64,000 nucleotides of DNA. Source: an uncultured Verrucomicrobiae bacterium. GTDB lineage: Bacteria; Verrucomicrobiota; Verrucomicrobiia; Limisphaerales; Palsa-1400. The notes below the pieces were generated by a model. That model made no database searches. It was not told the DNA's origin and worked only from the letters and a program-made list of their open reading frames with translations. Of this stretch, positions 25,975-36,200 are shown piece after piece (within the stretch, counting starts at the first letter, position 1; each line of letters starts with the position of its first letter). Location: the NCBI GenBank assembly GCA_963764165.1, contig CAVXRD010000004.1, forward strand, positions 384,001 through 448,000. The letters run 5' to 3'. The position numbers were made by a program, and so were the translations under genes.

Positions 25975-26268
25975 TTATTTCCCCGTGGATTTGCGGGGGA
26001 GAACGCTCTCGATGTCGGCGTTCGGCCGGGCGATGACGTGCACACTGACCAGCTCGCCTTTGTTGGCTTTGACGGCGGCCGCGCCGGCATCCGTGGCGGC
26101 TTTGACAGCGGCGACGTCGCCCACGACAACGGCGGTGACCAGGGCGTTTCCGACCTGGATCATCGGCCCGGCCAATTCAACATTGGCGGACTTGAGCATG
26201 GCATCGGTGCCTTCGACGAGGGCGATAAGCCCGCGCGTTTCGAGTAATCCTATGGCTTGATGTGGCAT
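25975..26268 (-). CDS. BMC-H hexamer shell protein
   Basis: AIGLLETRG...DAMLKSANV...GDVAAVKAA...VHVIARP. Confidence 0.95.
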   Translation of the reverse strand: MPHQAIGLLETRGLIALVEGTDAMLKSANVELAGPMIQVGNALVTAVVVGDVAAVKAATDAGAAAVKANKGELVSVHVIARPNADIESVLPRKSTGK

Positions 26269-26279
26269 AATTTTCTTTC

Positions 26280-27470
26280 TTACGGGTTATGAGCTTGCAA
26301 AAACCGCCGCACCTCGCGGGCGACGACCAATTCTTCATTCGCTGGAATAACAATGATTTTGACAACAGATTCAGGCGCGCTGATGACGGCTTCATGCGCC
26401 TTCGTTTCGGTGTTTAATTTTGGATCGAGCACAATGCCGAGCTGGTCGAGATTGCGGCAGATCGCTTCGCGCATGAAACAGCGGTTTTCGCCAATGCCCG
26501 CCGTGAACACGAGAGCATCCGCGCCATTGAGTTGTAAAAAGTAAGAACCAACCCAGTTGCGGACACTGGTGGAAAAAACGTCCAGCGCCAATTGCGCCTG
26601 AGCGTCGCCGTTGTCCGCTCGCGCTTCGATGTCGCGATAGTCATTATGGCCTCCAGACAGCGCCTTCAGTCCGGATTCCTTGCACATGATGCGTTCCGCT
26701 TCGTCGAGGGAAATTCCGGTGGTGCGCATCAAAAACGGGATAGAGAAAGAATCGATGTCGCCCACGCGGTTGTTCTGCGGGAGGCCTGATTGCGGACTTA
26801 AACCCATGCTCGTGCCAATTGCCACGCCGTCGCGAATTCCGGTAACCGACGAGCTTCCGCCCAAGTGGCATGAAATCACCCGCAGCGACGGCTGGCGCAC
26901 TGGATGCTCACCCCCGTCAACATAAAGATTTCTGGCCCGCTCCGCCACATCCTCGCGGCCCAGCAATTCCGCCGAGCGTTCGGCGATGAATTTGTGGCTC
27001 GCGCCGTGAAATCCCCAGCGGCGCACACCGGCCTGGTTCCACGATTCCGGCACCGCGTAGCGCATGGCCGCTTCCGGCGCCCATTGATAAAACGCCGTTT
27101 CAAATAATCCGACGAGCGGAACTTCCGGCATCCGTTTGGCGAACAGGCGAATGCCTGTGATGTAGGGCGGATTGTGCGCGGGAGCGATGGTGTTGTAATC
27201 CTCCATCGCGCGAACGACCGATTCATCGAGGCGAATGCAGCCGTTGACACCGCGCGCCATGATGGTTTTGAATCCGACCGCCGCCAGTTCGCTTTCGCTG
27301 GCAATCCAGCCGCCCTTGCGCAATTCCTCGAGGCACGATTCAATCGCGGGCGCGTAGTCCGTCACCCGCTCCATCCCGCCGCGAGTCAACATCCGTTCCT
27401 GGCCGTTTGAAAAATCAAACAGCCGGTACTTCAGGGAAGTCGATCCCAGGTTGGCGACGAGAATCTTCAC
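26280..27470 (-). CDS. ackA: Acetate/propionate kinase
   Basis: MKILVANLGSTSLKY, APAHN, FETAF, GFHGASH, CHLGGSSS, FTAGIGEN, PANEE. Confidence 0.92.
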   Translation of the reverse strand: MKILVANLGSTSLKYRLFDFSNGQERMLTRGGMERVTDYAPAIESCLEELRKGGWIASESELAAVGFKTIMARGVNGCIRLDESVVRAMEDYNTIAPAHNPPYITGIRLFAKRMPEVPLVGLFETAFYQWAPEAAMRYAVPESWNQAGVRRWGFHGASHKFIAERSAELLGREDVAERARNLYVDGGEHPVRQPSLRVISCHLGGSSSVTGIRDGVAIGTSMGLSPQSGLPQNNRVGDIDSFSIPFLMRTTGISLDEAERIMCKESGLKALSGGHNDYRDIEARADNGDAQAQLALDVFSTSVRNWVGSYFLQLNGADALVFTAGIGENRCFMREAICRNLDQLGIVLDPKLNTETKAHEAVISAPESVVKIIVIPANEELVVAREVRRFLQAHNP

Positions 27471-27488
27471 TTGCGTCTGTGCGTATAC

Positions 27489-27767
27489 TTATTGCAGCCA
27501 CTTGCCGAGGCCGGAAAGGCCGTCGTGCGGGCGCGGAATCACCTGGACGCTGACAACGCTTCCAACTTGGGCCGCTGCCGCCGCCCCGGCGTCCGTCGCC
27601 GCTTTCACAGCCGCGACATCGCCGCGGAAAAACGCCGTGACGTAGCCGCTGCCGATTTTTTCCCAGCCGACGAATTGGACGTTGGCGGATTTGAGGGCCG
27701 AGTCCGCCGCTTCCATGAGCGCGCAGAGACCCTTTGTTTCGATCATGCCGATTGCTTGTTGAGCCAT
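27489..27767 (-). CDS. BMC-H hexamer shell protein
   Basis: AIGMIETKG...[10 protein letters not shown]...KIGSG...GDVAAVKAA...VIPRPH. Confidence 0.96.
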   Translation of the reverse strand: MAQQAIGMIETKGLCALMEAADSALKSANVQFVGWEKIGSGYVTAFFRGDVAAVKAATDAGAAAAAQVGSVVSVQVIPRPHDGLSGLGKWLQ

Positions 27768-27790
27768 AAAATTTTGTATTGGTGGTTGGT

Positions 27791-28078
27791 TTACTTTTTC
27801 GGGGCGGGATCAAGGAAGGCTTTCATCAAATCTTCATGGGGGCGCGCGAGAATATGGGAGCTGACAAGCTCGCCAACTTTGCCGGCTGCCTTCGAGCCCG
27901 CGTCGACCGCGGCTTTGACGCTGCCGATGTCGCCCGTGGCGAAAACGGTGATCAAACCGCCGCCAATGGAAATCGTCTTGACGAGGGTGACGTTGGCAGC
28001 CTTGACCATCGCGTCGCTGGCCTCGACGCTGCCGACGTAGCCGCGCGTTTCAATCATTCCTATTGCTTCTTGACTCAT
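27791..28078 (-). CDS. BMC-H hexamer shell protein
   Basis: [10 protein letters not shown]...DAMVKAANV...IGGG...[10 protein letters not shown]...ILARPH. Confidence 0.96.
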   Translation of the reverse strand: MSQEAIGMIETRGYVGSVEASDAMVKAANVTLVKTISIGGGLITVFATGDIGSVKAAVDAGSKAAGKVGELVSSHILARPHEDLMKAFLDPAPKK

Positions 28079-28111
28079 GTGTTTTCTCCTATTGTTGTTA
28101 TTGACGTTATA

Positions 28112-28789
28112 TTAAGCGATCAGCTCGCACGGTGTGTCCGGCTGCAAATTGCAGGCGTTTCCCTCGTCGGTGTCGATGTGAACCTCCAGCTTGAAGGACG
28201 GATCGACGCGCACCAGCATCTTGTCGAGGGTCAATCCACAGGGGCCGCCGATTTTCAATTTCATGTGGGCGCCAGCTTTCACTTCGTAAAATTCCGCGTC
28301 CGTCGGATGCATGTGGACGTGGCGCATGGCGCGAATGACGCCCTCCTGCATTTCAAAAAATCCTTCCGGCCCCATCAACATGCCGCCGGTCGTGCCTTTG
28401 ATATCGCCCGAACTGCGCAACGGAATTTCGAAGCCAAGAGCAATGGCATCGGTGTAAGCCAATTCGACTTGGTTCAAATTTCGGCATGGCCCCAAAATAC
28501 GGAGGTTTGAAATGACGCGGCTGCGCGGGCCGATTAAAGTGACGGTCTCCTTTGCCGCATATTGCCCTTCTTGATAAAGCCACTTGTGCGGTGTCAGCGT
28601 ATGACCTTTGCCGAAAAGTGCCTCAACCGCCTGCGGGGTCAAATGACAATGCCGGGCACTGACATTCACCACCAGCGGATTCGGCGCTTGCGCAGTGCGC
28701 GGCAAAGACTTCCCAAGTCGTTGATAAACAACTTGTCGCACGCGGTGTTCGACCACCGCGCGATGCGGACTATTGGCAAGAACGGCCAT
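28112..28789 (-). CDS. pduL: PduL-type phosphotransacylase
   Basis: VSARHCHL, LYQEGQYA, RILGP, LRSSGD, RHVHM, HIDTDEGNA; start moved to MAVLAN, followed by a helical encapsulation-peptide-like segment. Confidence 0.93.
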   Translation of the reverse strand: MAVLANSPHRAVVEHRVRQVVYQRLGKSLPRTAQAPNPLVVNVSARHCHLTPQAVEALFGKGHTLTPHKWLYQEGQYAAKETVTLIGPRSRVISNLRILGPCRNLNQVELAYTDAIALGFEIPLRSSGDIKGTTGGMLMGPEGFFEMQEGVIRAMRHVHMHPTDAEFYEVKAGAHMKLKIGGPCGLTLDKMLVRVDPSFKLEVHIDTDEGNACNLQPDTPCELIA

Positions 28790-28874
28790 GAATTGAGCAT
28801 GAATTTCCCAAAATCGTTCAAAATCGTCAATATATTTCTTGCAAAAGCTGCCAAAATGTTTCAAATACTACCAA
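28790..28874. promoter_or_regulatory. Divergent promoter region with 10-bp-phased direct repeats (candidate DeoR operator)
   Basis: CAAAATCGTT/CAAAATCGTC at 28809 and 28819; CAAA at 28842, 28852, 28862, 28872; TTGACG on the minus strand at 28830-28825 and TTGCAA on the plus strand at 28839. Confidence 0.6.
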
Positions 28875-29645
28875 ATGCAGCCAGAGGCACGCCAAAAACG
28901 CATTCAAGATCATCTGAATCAGGTGGAATTTGCCTCCCTTGAGGAGTTGGCCAAGGCTGTTGACGCCTCTGTTTCGACGGTTCGCCGGGACATCGCCGCT
29001 TTGGAAGCGCTGGGCGGATTGCGCCGAATGCATGGCGGGGCACGATTGGTCGCCCCACCGTCCGATGAGTTCGCCTTTAGCACTCGCGATACCCACCAAC
29101 TCGCCGAAAAGGAAGCCATGGGCCGCGCTTGCGCCGAATTGATCGGCCCGAATCAAACCGTTATTGTTGACGCTGGGACGACGGCTTATCACGTGGCGAA
29201 GTATCTCGAACCGAAGACGCCACAAATTATCACCAACTCCCTGCCGGTGGCGAACCTATACGCCGCATCGCAGCGCATTGAGCTGATCATTTCCGGCGGC
29301 GTCATTTATCCGCGCCTGGGCGTGCTGGTGGGGCCGCTGGCAGTCGAGGCTTTCTCCAAAATCCACGCCGATGTCGCGATCATGAGCGCGGGAGGAATTA
29401 CACTTGACGGCGTCAGCAATTCGCATGGGCTGCTGATTGAGATTCAAGTGGCGATCATTCGCGCGGCCCAGCGGGTTATTTTTTGTTTTGACAGCACCAA
29501 GATGGGGCGGCGCTCCATTTCACCTTTGTGCGAGCTGGACAAGGTTCACACCATCGTGACCGATGAGGGCGCGCCTGCCGATTTGGTGGATTCCCTGCGG
29601 CAGCGCGGCATTGAGGTTGTCGTTGCGCCGATGGCGGCGAGTTAG
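28875..29645 (+). CDS. DeoR/GlpR family transcriptional regulator
   Basis: ASVSTVRRDIAALE...RMHGGA HTH; DAGTT, ITNSL, DSTK; divergent from the BMC operon. Confidence 0.95.
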   Translation: MQPEARQKRIQDHLNQVEFASLEELAKAVDASVSTVRRDIAALEALGGLRRMHGGARLVAPPSDEFAFSTRDTHQLAEKEAMGRACAELIGPNQTVIVDAGTTAYHVAKYLEPKTPQIITNSLPVANLYAASQRIELIISGGVIYPRLGVLVGPLAVEAFSKIHADVAIMSAGGITLDGVSNSHGLLIEIQVAIIRAAQRVIFCFDSTKMGRRSISPLCELDKVHTIVTDEGAPADLVDSLRQRGIEVVVAPMAAS

Positions 29646-29673
29646 TTCTCCGAAGACCGTCGCGCGCCTCACA

Positions 29674-29730
29674 TGGGCTAATCGGTCTGATAGAACCAAT
29701 AGGGCGTATAGGACCCATTAGACGAATCAG
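29674..29730. repeat. Degenerate 9-bp-period repeat tract
   Basis: ATCGGTCTG ATAGAACCA ATAGGGCGT ATAGGACCC ATTAGACGA ATCAG downstream of the DeoR gene. Confidence 0.55.
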
Positions 29731-29944
29731 CGGAAGCCATCGAGCCAAATTTTCTCTTGCGCAGAATTGTCTTCTGGCGCGTTAAGTTTGCGCCGCTTAT
29801 TTCCGATAGGAATGTTGTCTGGCATGGTAACGATAATGAGCAACCACCGGCCTGGCGCGGCGATGTTTGAGCACAAACGCTGCCCGGCTTGCGAACAGAG
29901 ACGAAGGATGGCGCGTAACGCCATTCTTGGTGTCTGCATATTAC

Positions 29945-30799
29945 ATGACTGCATCTGAAATAGTCGAACAGGTGAAAGAACTGCCGCTGGTGCCTGAGAC
30001 CGCGCGCAAACTGGTGGTCCTTCTGAACGACTCGGATTCCCATCGCAGCGATCTCATACAGACGCTCCGATGCGACAACGTGATGACTGCCAAGCTGCTC
30101 CGAGCATGCAATACGGCCAGGATTGGGTTGCGCGAGCCGGTCAGTTCGGTCGACCAGGCGGTTTTGCTCCTGGGAGACAACGCCATTTTTAAAATGGTGT
30201 GCGCCATCGGATTTGGCGACGCGATGGGATTTGCCATGCCCGGCTACGCCATCGAAGCCAATGGCCTCTGGGGCCATTCCCTGAGCACCGGGATGGGAGC
30301 TGAGTATTTGACAGAAATTGAAGGCCTTGGCAATTTCAAGCCATCAATCGCCTTCACCGCCGGTTTGCTGCATGACATCGGCAAATTGATTCTCAGCCAG
30401 ATATTGACCCCGAAAACGCGCGGCGAAATTCGGTCGCTGATTTCACAAGATTCCCTTTCAAGGTTTCAAGCGGAAAAGATCGTGCTCGGCGCGGACCACG
30501 CCGAGGTCGGGGCCTGCCTGCTGGAAAAGTGGCTGCTGCCCAATGTCATTGTGGAAGCGGTGGCGAATCATCATTCACCGATTCTGCGCCCCGCCATCCG
30601 CATGTCCGCCGTGGTTTATCTGGCCAATTACGCCGCTCATTTGGCTGGCCCGTCCGCCGGTTGTCCGGAAGTGTTCGCGCTGCGCCCGGACCAATCCATC
30701 GCCGCCATGTATGGGATGGAGCTTAAAAAGGTGGAGCGCATCGTCACCGGCGCGCACGAAGCCATGCGCGCCGTCAACCAATATCTATCCGTCGCATGA
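29945..30799 (+). CDS. HDOD domain protein
   Basis: LPLVP, TAKLLRACN, VSSVDQAVLLLG, LWGHS, AGLLHDIGK, DHAEVG, W.LP..I.EAVANHH. Confidence 0.92.
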   Translation: MTASEIVEQVKELPLVPETARKLVVLLNDSDSHRSDLIQTLRCDNVMTAKLLRACNTARIGLREPVSSVDQAVLLLGDNAIFKMVCAIGFGDAMGFAMPGYAIEANGLWGHSLSTGMGAEYLTEIEGLGNFKPSIAFTAGLLHDIGKLILSQILTPKTRGEIRSLISQDSLSRFQAEKIVLGADHAEVGACLLEKWLLPNVIVEAVANHHSPILRPAIRMSAVVYLANYAAHLAGPSAGCPEVFALRPDQSIAAMYGMELKKVERIVTGAHEAMRAVNQYLSVA

Positions 30800-30853
30800 G
30801 CGCCTCATCCCAAATTTCGCAACCGAGCGCTGAACCCAACACAACACAAGCCT

Positions 30854-31267
30854 ATGCCAGTTAAAGTTTTATGCGCCGACGACAGCAGGACCATCCGGTT
30901 CGTCATCGCCCGCGCATTGTCGCATTACGAATGCACGGTTCTCGAAGCTTCCAACGGCGAAGAAGGCCTTGCCATTGCCTTGAGCGAGAAGCCGGATATT
31001 GTTCTGATTGACATGTCGATGCCCATCCTCGATGGTGTAGGCATGCTCGCCAAGTTCAAACAGAACGAGAGCTTGAAAAAGACGCCCGTCATCATGATGT
31101 CCGCGGAATCGGCCCGCGAAAAAGTCCTGGCGGTGGCGGGCCTCGGCGTTAACGACTACCTCGTCAAGCCGTTTCGCATGAATCACCTCATCACCAAGAT
31201 TAACCAGCTCGTGCCGCTGACGAAGAAGCCGGCCAGCGCCGACGCCGCGGCCAAATCGTCCTTATGA
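30854..31267 (+). CDS. Single-domain response regulator (CheY-like)
   Basis: CADDS, PDIVLIDMSMP (phospho-Asp), MMSA, DYLVKPF. Confidence 0.95.
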   Translation: MPVKVLCADDSRTIRFVIARALSHYECTVLEASNGEEGLAIALSEKPDIVLIDMSMPILDGVGMLAKFKQNESLKKTPVIMMSAESAREKVLAVAGLGVNDYLVKPFRMNHLITKINQLVPLTKKPASADAAAKSSL

Positions 31268-31992
31268 TCACCGCCGAAACCGAGATCATTGCCAAGCGAT
31301 TCGGCCTGGAGCCGATTCCAAAGAGCGTCCTCCGCCTGACGAGCCTGATCGCCAGCCAGAACGCCGACCTTGATGCCATCGCGGGCGTTATCAAGGAAGA
31401 CCCGGCGCTGACGGAACGGCTGCTGCGGCTCACGCCGCCGCCGCGTGACAAGACCCAGCGGCCCTCCGAAGAGTCCGCGGTGCAGATGGCCTTGATGCGT
31501 TCCGGCTTGAGCCTGATTTTTCTGCTCGCCATGGGAGACTTGCTGGGACGCGCCCTTGTTCACGCATTCGACATCATGTTGAATCTTGATCTTGATCCCG
31601 CCAATCCAAAAGACCTCTCGCCAATTCATGACAAACATCTCATGTGCGAAGTGAATTTTCGCGGGAAAGCGACCGGAAAGATTCAACTTCGCCTGACAGA
31701 AGATTCGGCGCGGCTGCTGGCCTGCCGAATGCTGGGTGTGCCGCCAGATTCTCTTTCGTCCACCGCCGAGAAAGACGACGCCATCCTCGAGTTGACGCAC
31801 ATCGTCACGGGAAATTTTCTATCGAACCTGGCCGACGCGGGGCTTACCTGCCCGGTCACGATTCCGGTTGTTTACCGCTCCTCTGATTTTACCATCCGCT
31901 CCATTCCCGGCGGCGTTTGCGAACGGCTTGCTTTCCGCTGTTCCGAAGCGCGTGTGTATATGGACATCAGCGTCAATCCGTGGAGTGATTAA
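31264..31992 (+). CDS. Partial HDOD N-terminus fused to a CheX-like domain
   Basis: IAGVIKEDPALTERLLRL (HDOD start) followed by VNFRGKATGKI...ARLLACRMLG...DAILELTHIVTGN...IPVV (CheX fold). Confidence 0.75.
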   Translation: MITAETEIIAKRFGLEPIPKSVLRLTSLIASQNADLDAIAGVIKEDPALTERLLRLTPPPRDKTQRPSEESAVQMALMRSGLSLIFLLAMGDLLGRALVHAFDIMLNLDLDPANPKDLSPIHDKHLMCEVNFRGKATGKIQLRLTEDSARLLACRMLGVPPDSLSSTAEKDDAILELTHIVTGNFLSNLADAGLTCPVTIPVVYRSSDFTIRSIPGGVCERLAFRCSEARVYMDISVNPWSD

Positions 31993-32321
31993 TTCGGCGC
32001 GCCTTGCCACAAGCTGTTCAGCACCGCTGACACTGTGGCCCACTGTTCGCGTTTCTGTTTAAGGGTGTCCGCGCCACTTTTCTTGATCGAATAATATTTC
32101 CGCTTGCGGCCCGTTTCGCTCTCGGCCCAGCGCGATTTGATCCAGCCGTTGTCCTCCATGCGATGCAGCACGGGGTATAGCATTCCATCGGTCCATTGGA
32201 GATGATCGCCGGAGAGGCGCTTGACTTCTTGAATCAATTCGTATCCATAACTCTCGCCGCGCGAGAGCAGCGACAAAATCAACGGCTCCGTGGAGGCCGC
32301 CACCAGTTCCTTTTCGATCAT
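31989..32321 (-). CDS. PadR family transcriptional regulator
   Basis: ILSLL...SYGYEL...GMLYPVLHRME..GWI.S.W...RKRKYYSI; start moved to MIEKEL. Confidence 0.93.
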   Translation of the reverse strand: MIEKELVAASTEPLILSLLSRGESYGYELIQEVKRLSGDHLQWTDGMLYPVLHRMEDNGWIKSRWAESETGRKRKYYSIKKSGADTLKQKREQWATVSAVLNSLWQGAPN

Positions 32322-32327
32322 GCCGCC

Positions 32328-32356
32328 ATAATACATTGCCATGCTATGCATGTCAA
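32328..32356 (-). promoter_or_regulatory. sigma70 promoter of padR (leaderless) with an overlapping palindromic operator
   Basis: TTGACA, 17 nt, TATTAT, 6 nt, ATG; imperfect palindrome ATACATTGC-CAT-GCTATGCAT at 32331-32351. Confidence 0.75.
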
Positions 32357-32462
32357 GGCTCCGTCGCAATTGCGCATGGCTGCGAATCTGGTAGACTGAA
32401 TTCTTGTGATCGCTTGGCCCCCGTTGGCGATCAAATGAAATCAAAAGGCATGTCAATTAAAT

Positions 32463-33236
32463 ATGGCGGCGCCAGAACCGCATAAATCGTTCGACTCTGA
32501 AGGCGGGCCGGTGGAACGGCAGGCCGGCGCCGCGTTCCGGACCACGCATTGGAGCGTGGTTCTTCACGCTGCCGCCACCGAATCTCCTGAAGCCGCGGAG
32601 GCGATGTCGCGCCTGTGCTCGGTTTACTGGTATCCGCTTTACGCCTACGTCCGGCGAAAGGGATACAAGCCGGAGGAGGCGCAGGACCTCACCCAGGAAT
32701 TCTTTGCGCGTTTGCTGGCGAAGCATTATCTCCGAACGCTTGACCGCCAAAAAGGCAAATTCCGCTCCTTTCTGCTCGCCGCCTTGGAACATTTTCTGGC
32801 CAAGGAATGGCGCGATGCCAACCGCCTGAAACGCGGCGGCGACCGAGTCATTCTTTCGCTGGACCAATGCGATGCGGAAAATCGCTACCTTGTCGAAGCG
32901 GTTGAAAATGTGACGGCGGAACACATTTACGAGCGCCGCTGGGCGCTGACGCTGCTCAATCAAGCCATGAACCGCCTGCGCGACGAGTTTGCGTCGGCTG
33001 GGCGGCTCGCGCTATTCGAAGCGTTGGAAAGCTCCCTCACCGGCGAGGGCGCGACCTCAACCTACGCCAACATGTGTGCGAAGCTGGATATGACCGAAGG
33101 CGCCATCAAGGTCGCCGTTCACCGGATGCGGGCGCGCTACGGCGAATTGGTGCGGGCGGAAATTGCGGACACGGTTTCGGCCACCGAAGATGTGGATGAC
33201 GAATTGCGCCATCTGCTGGCGACGCTCGCATCGTGA
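32463..33236 (+). CDS. ECF sigma-70 factor of the PVC kinase-associated type
   Basis: FRTTHWSVV, YWYPLYAYVRR, AQDLTQEFF, FRSFLL, AIKVAVHRMRARY; precedes a Ser/Thr kinase. Confidence 0.92.
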   Translation: MAAPEPHKSFDSEGGPVERQAGAAFRTTHWSVVLHAAATESPEAAEAMSRLCSVYWYPLYAYVRRKGYKPEEAQDLTQEFFARLLAKHYLRTLDRQKGKFRSFLLAALEHFLAKEWRDANRLKRGGDRVILSLDQCDAENRYLVEAVENVTAEHIYERRWALTLLNQAMNRLRDEFASAGRLALFEALESSLTGEGATSTYANMCAKLDMTEGAIKVAVHRMRARYGELVRAEIADTVSATEDVDDELRHLLATLAS

Positions 33237-33259
33237 AGGCCGCGATTGAATTAAATTAG

Positions 33260-33284
33260 TGTAACCATCTCGGAAAAAAAGGTC
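33260..33284 (+). promoter_or_regulatory. Candidate ECF promoter TGTAACC-N14-GGTC upstream of the kinase
   Basis: Same motif and spacing recur at 36659-36683. Confidence 0.6.
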
Positions 33285-33297
33285 TTGATTGACTGGG

Positions 33298-36200
33298 ATG
33301 TCTGTTAAATCGAACTGCGTTGTCTGCGGCGCGCCGATGCCGCCCGACTCGCCGGGTGGCAACTGTCCGCGCTGCCTGCTTGGGTTGGCCGCCGGGGGAC
33401 TGCCCGCTTCCGCTCTCAATCCGCGTGAGAATTCCCCTGCTCGATTCGGCAGCCAGCCGCCCCGGTTTTTCGGCGATTACGAATTGCTGGGGGAAATCGC
33501 GCGCGGCGGCATGGGCGTCGTTTACCGCGCACGCCAGCTTTCTTTGAATCGGCTTGTCGCGGTAAAAATGATCCTGGACGGTCCGCTGGCCGTGCCCGGA
33601 TTCATCGAGAGATTCCAAATGGAAGCGGAAGCCGCCGCCAAGCTGGGCCACCCCAACATTGTTCCAATCTATGAAATTGGCGAGTACGACGGACGCCACT
33701 TTTTCAGCATGAAACTGTTTGAGGGGGGACACCTGTGCGGCCAGGCCACTCGCTGCCCGCCGCCGGATCAAAAGCAGGGAGCCGCGGCTTGCCATCAGCG
33801 CCAAGTCGAAATAGCGCAACTGCTCCGCATGGTGGCTGAAGGCGTTCATCACGCGCATCAGCGCGGCATTCTTCATCGCGACCTCAAGCCGGCGAATATT
33901 TTGATGGATGACGAAGGCCGCCCGCACGTCGCGGATTTTGGGCTGGCCAAGTTGATGGGCGACAACAGCCTTTTGACCCAGACTGGCGCGCTTTCCGGAA
34001 CGCCCGCCTACATGGCGCCCGAGCAAGCCGCCGGAGAATCAGCCCCCTTGACGACGGCAACGGATATTTACAGCCTTGGCGCCATTCTCTACCAACTCCT
34101 GACTGGGCAGCCACCGTTTCATGCGCCGTCGGCAGTGCAAACACTGCGGCAGGTTGTCGAAAACGAAGCTGTTCCACCGCATCGCGTCAATTCGTCAGTC
34201 GACCAAAGGCTGTCAACCATTTGCCTCAAGTGCCTGCACAAAGAACCGGCGCGGCGATACACGTCGGCGCGGGCGCTGGCGGAAGATTTGCAGCGCTGGC
34301 AAAACGGCGAAACCATCCTCGCCCTGCCTTCCACTGGGACAGAAAATTTTCTGCGCTGGTGCCGCCGCAATCCCGCCATTGCCATTCTCAGTGCGCTGGT
34401 CATTCTTTCGCTGGTAACGGTGGCGGTCGTTTCCACTTCCGAGGCTTTTCACATCAAGCACGCGCGCGACAGCCTCGCGGCGGCGGAGAAGGACGCGAAG
34501 GCAAAACTCTGGGAGAGCCTCCTGGCCCAGGCCCGCGCGGAGCGCTGGAGCGGCCGGCCCGGACAGCGCTTCGACGGACTCGATGCCATCGCCAGCGCAG
34601 CCACGATCCGCAAGTCCACCGCCTTGCGGAACGAGGCCATTGCCTGCCTGAGCCTCACCGATATTCGGCTGCTTCCCAACACGCCTGCAACAAGCAATCG
34701 CGACGAACGCCTTTACGTAGATTGGGCGCATCAGCAGTACGCCTGGTCGGCCGCAGATGGCTCTATCAGCATCCGGCGCTGGGCGGATCGTTCCGAATTG
34801 ATGCGCCTGCCATCGCTTGGGAGGATCGATTTCGTAAAAAGCGTAAGCCCGGACGGACGCTGGCTGAGCGCCTCTTACACAGAAGACAGGGTTTCGATTA
34901 TTGACCTTCAAAAACATGTTGAAACGCTGATGCTCACCAATGCTTCCTTTGTTTCTTTCAGCCCCAGCAGCGCCGAGGCAGTCGTGGATGTCGGTTCGAA
35001 TTCCTTCACCGTCGTCAATCTCGATGGGTCAGGTTCCAGCCATGCTTATCCGCTGCCCAACAACATCGGCAATGCCAACTGGAGCCCCGACGGCGCCAAG
35101 ATCGCTTTTGCAGGAGAAAAATATGTATGCGTCGTTGACGCGAATTCCCACGCTCTTATTCGGAGATTCACTCTGCCAGGCGACTGCATCCAGGCAGTTT
35201 GGAACCCGGATGGACTTCATATTGCCGCCACAGGCAGTGACAAAAAGATCCGAATCCTGGACGCGGCTGACGGCTCGCAATTGCCGCCGCTGGTCGGACA
35301 TCTGGGATCGGTCACGTCCGTGGCCTTTCATCCGGCCGGACACATCCTGGCTTCCACGGGTTGGGACGGTTTAATGCGTTTGTGGGATTGGCGCAGCGGC
35401 AAAGAAATCATTCGAATTCCCGCGGGCTCAGAGGGCATCTTTTTTTCCCCGGACGGACGATTCATCGCGAACACCGGACGGGCTGAGACCATGTTGAATG
35501 TTTTCGAACTGGTCGTAAATGAAACGGTGGTGACGTTGCCGGATTGGCCACGCAACGGGGCGGGCGATGCCGTGCTCTTCGATCCGAAAAACCGGTGGTT
35601 CGCCACCAGCATCGATAACTCCACCACGTTTTGGAATCCACACGACGGTAAACTTCTGGGCCGCGTCGAGAATCTGCCGGCAGCGTGGCTGCAAAACATT
35701 CGCGGCAATCAATCCGTGCTCGCATGGGCCGACGGATTCCATCTGCTCGAACCGGGATTCGACGGGGGCTCGCTCAAACTGGCCGCACCGGCTCGCTTTC
35801 AGATCACGGCTTCCAGCGACGTTAAGAAATGGCTGCCCAACGGATTTGACAGCGACGTGCTCCGACAGGCCACGTCCCGCCTTAGCTGTTCTGCCAGCGG
35901 CAAGACCACCGCGCTGGTGGCGGGCGGCCGTTGTTTTGTCATTGATATGACAAGCAACACTCTCGAAGCCGTCACAGGCTTGCAGGAATTCATGAAGTTC
36001 GTGGCAGTCAGCCCGAACGATCATTGGATTGCCACAGGCGCCTGGAACATGCCAAACACGAAAGTATGGGACGCCGCGACTGGAAAGGAGATGGCGACTC
36101 TGCCGACCGCCAATTCCCCTAATGTCGCCTTCTCCTCTGATGGCCGATGGCTCGTGACCAGCACCGGCCGCGAATATCGTTTTTGGAATGTCAAAGGGTG

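Noticed and set aside
28790..28874. Overlapping long N-termini of PduL (to 28864) and DeoR (from 28839)
   Set aside because: The extensions cross the promoter/operator region; downstream ATGs match the domain starts
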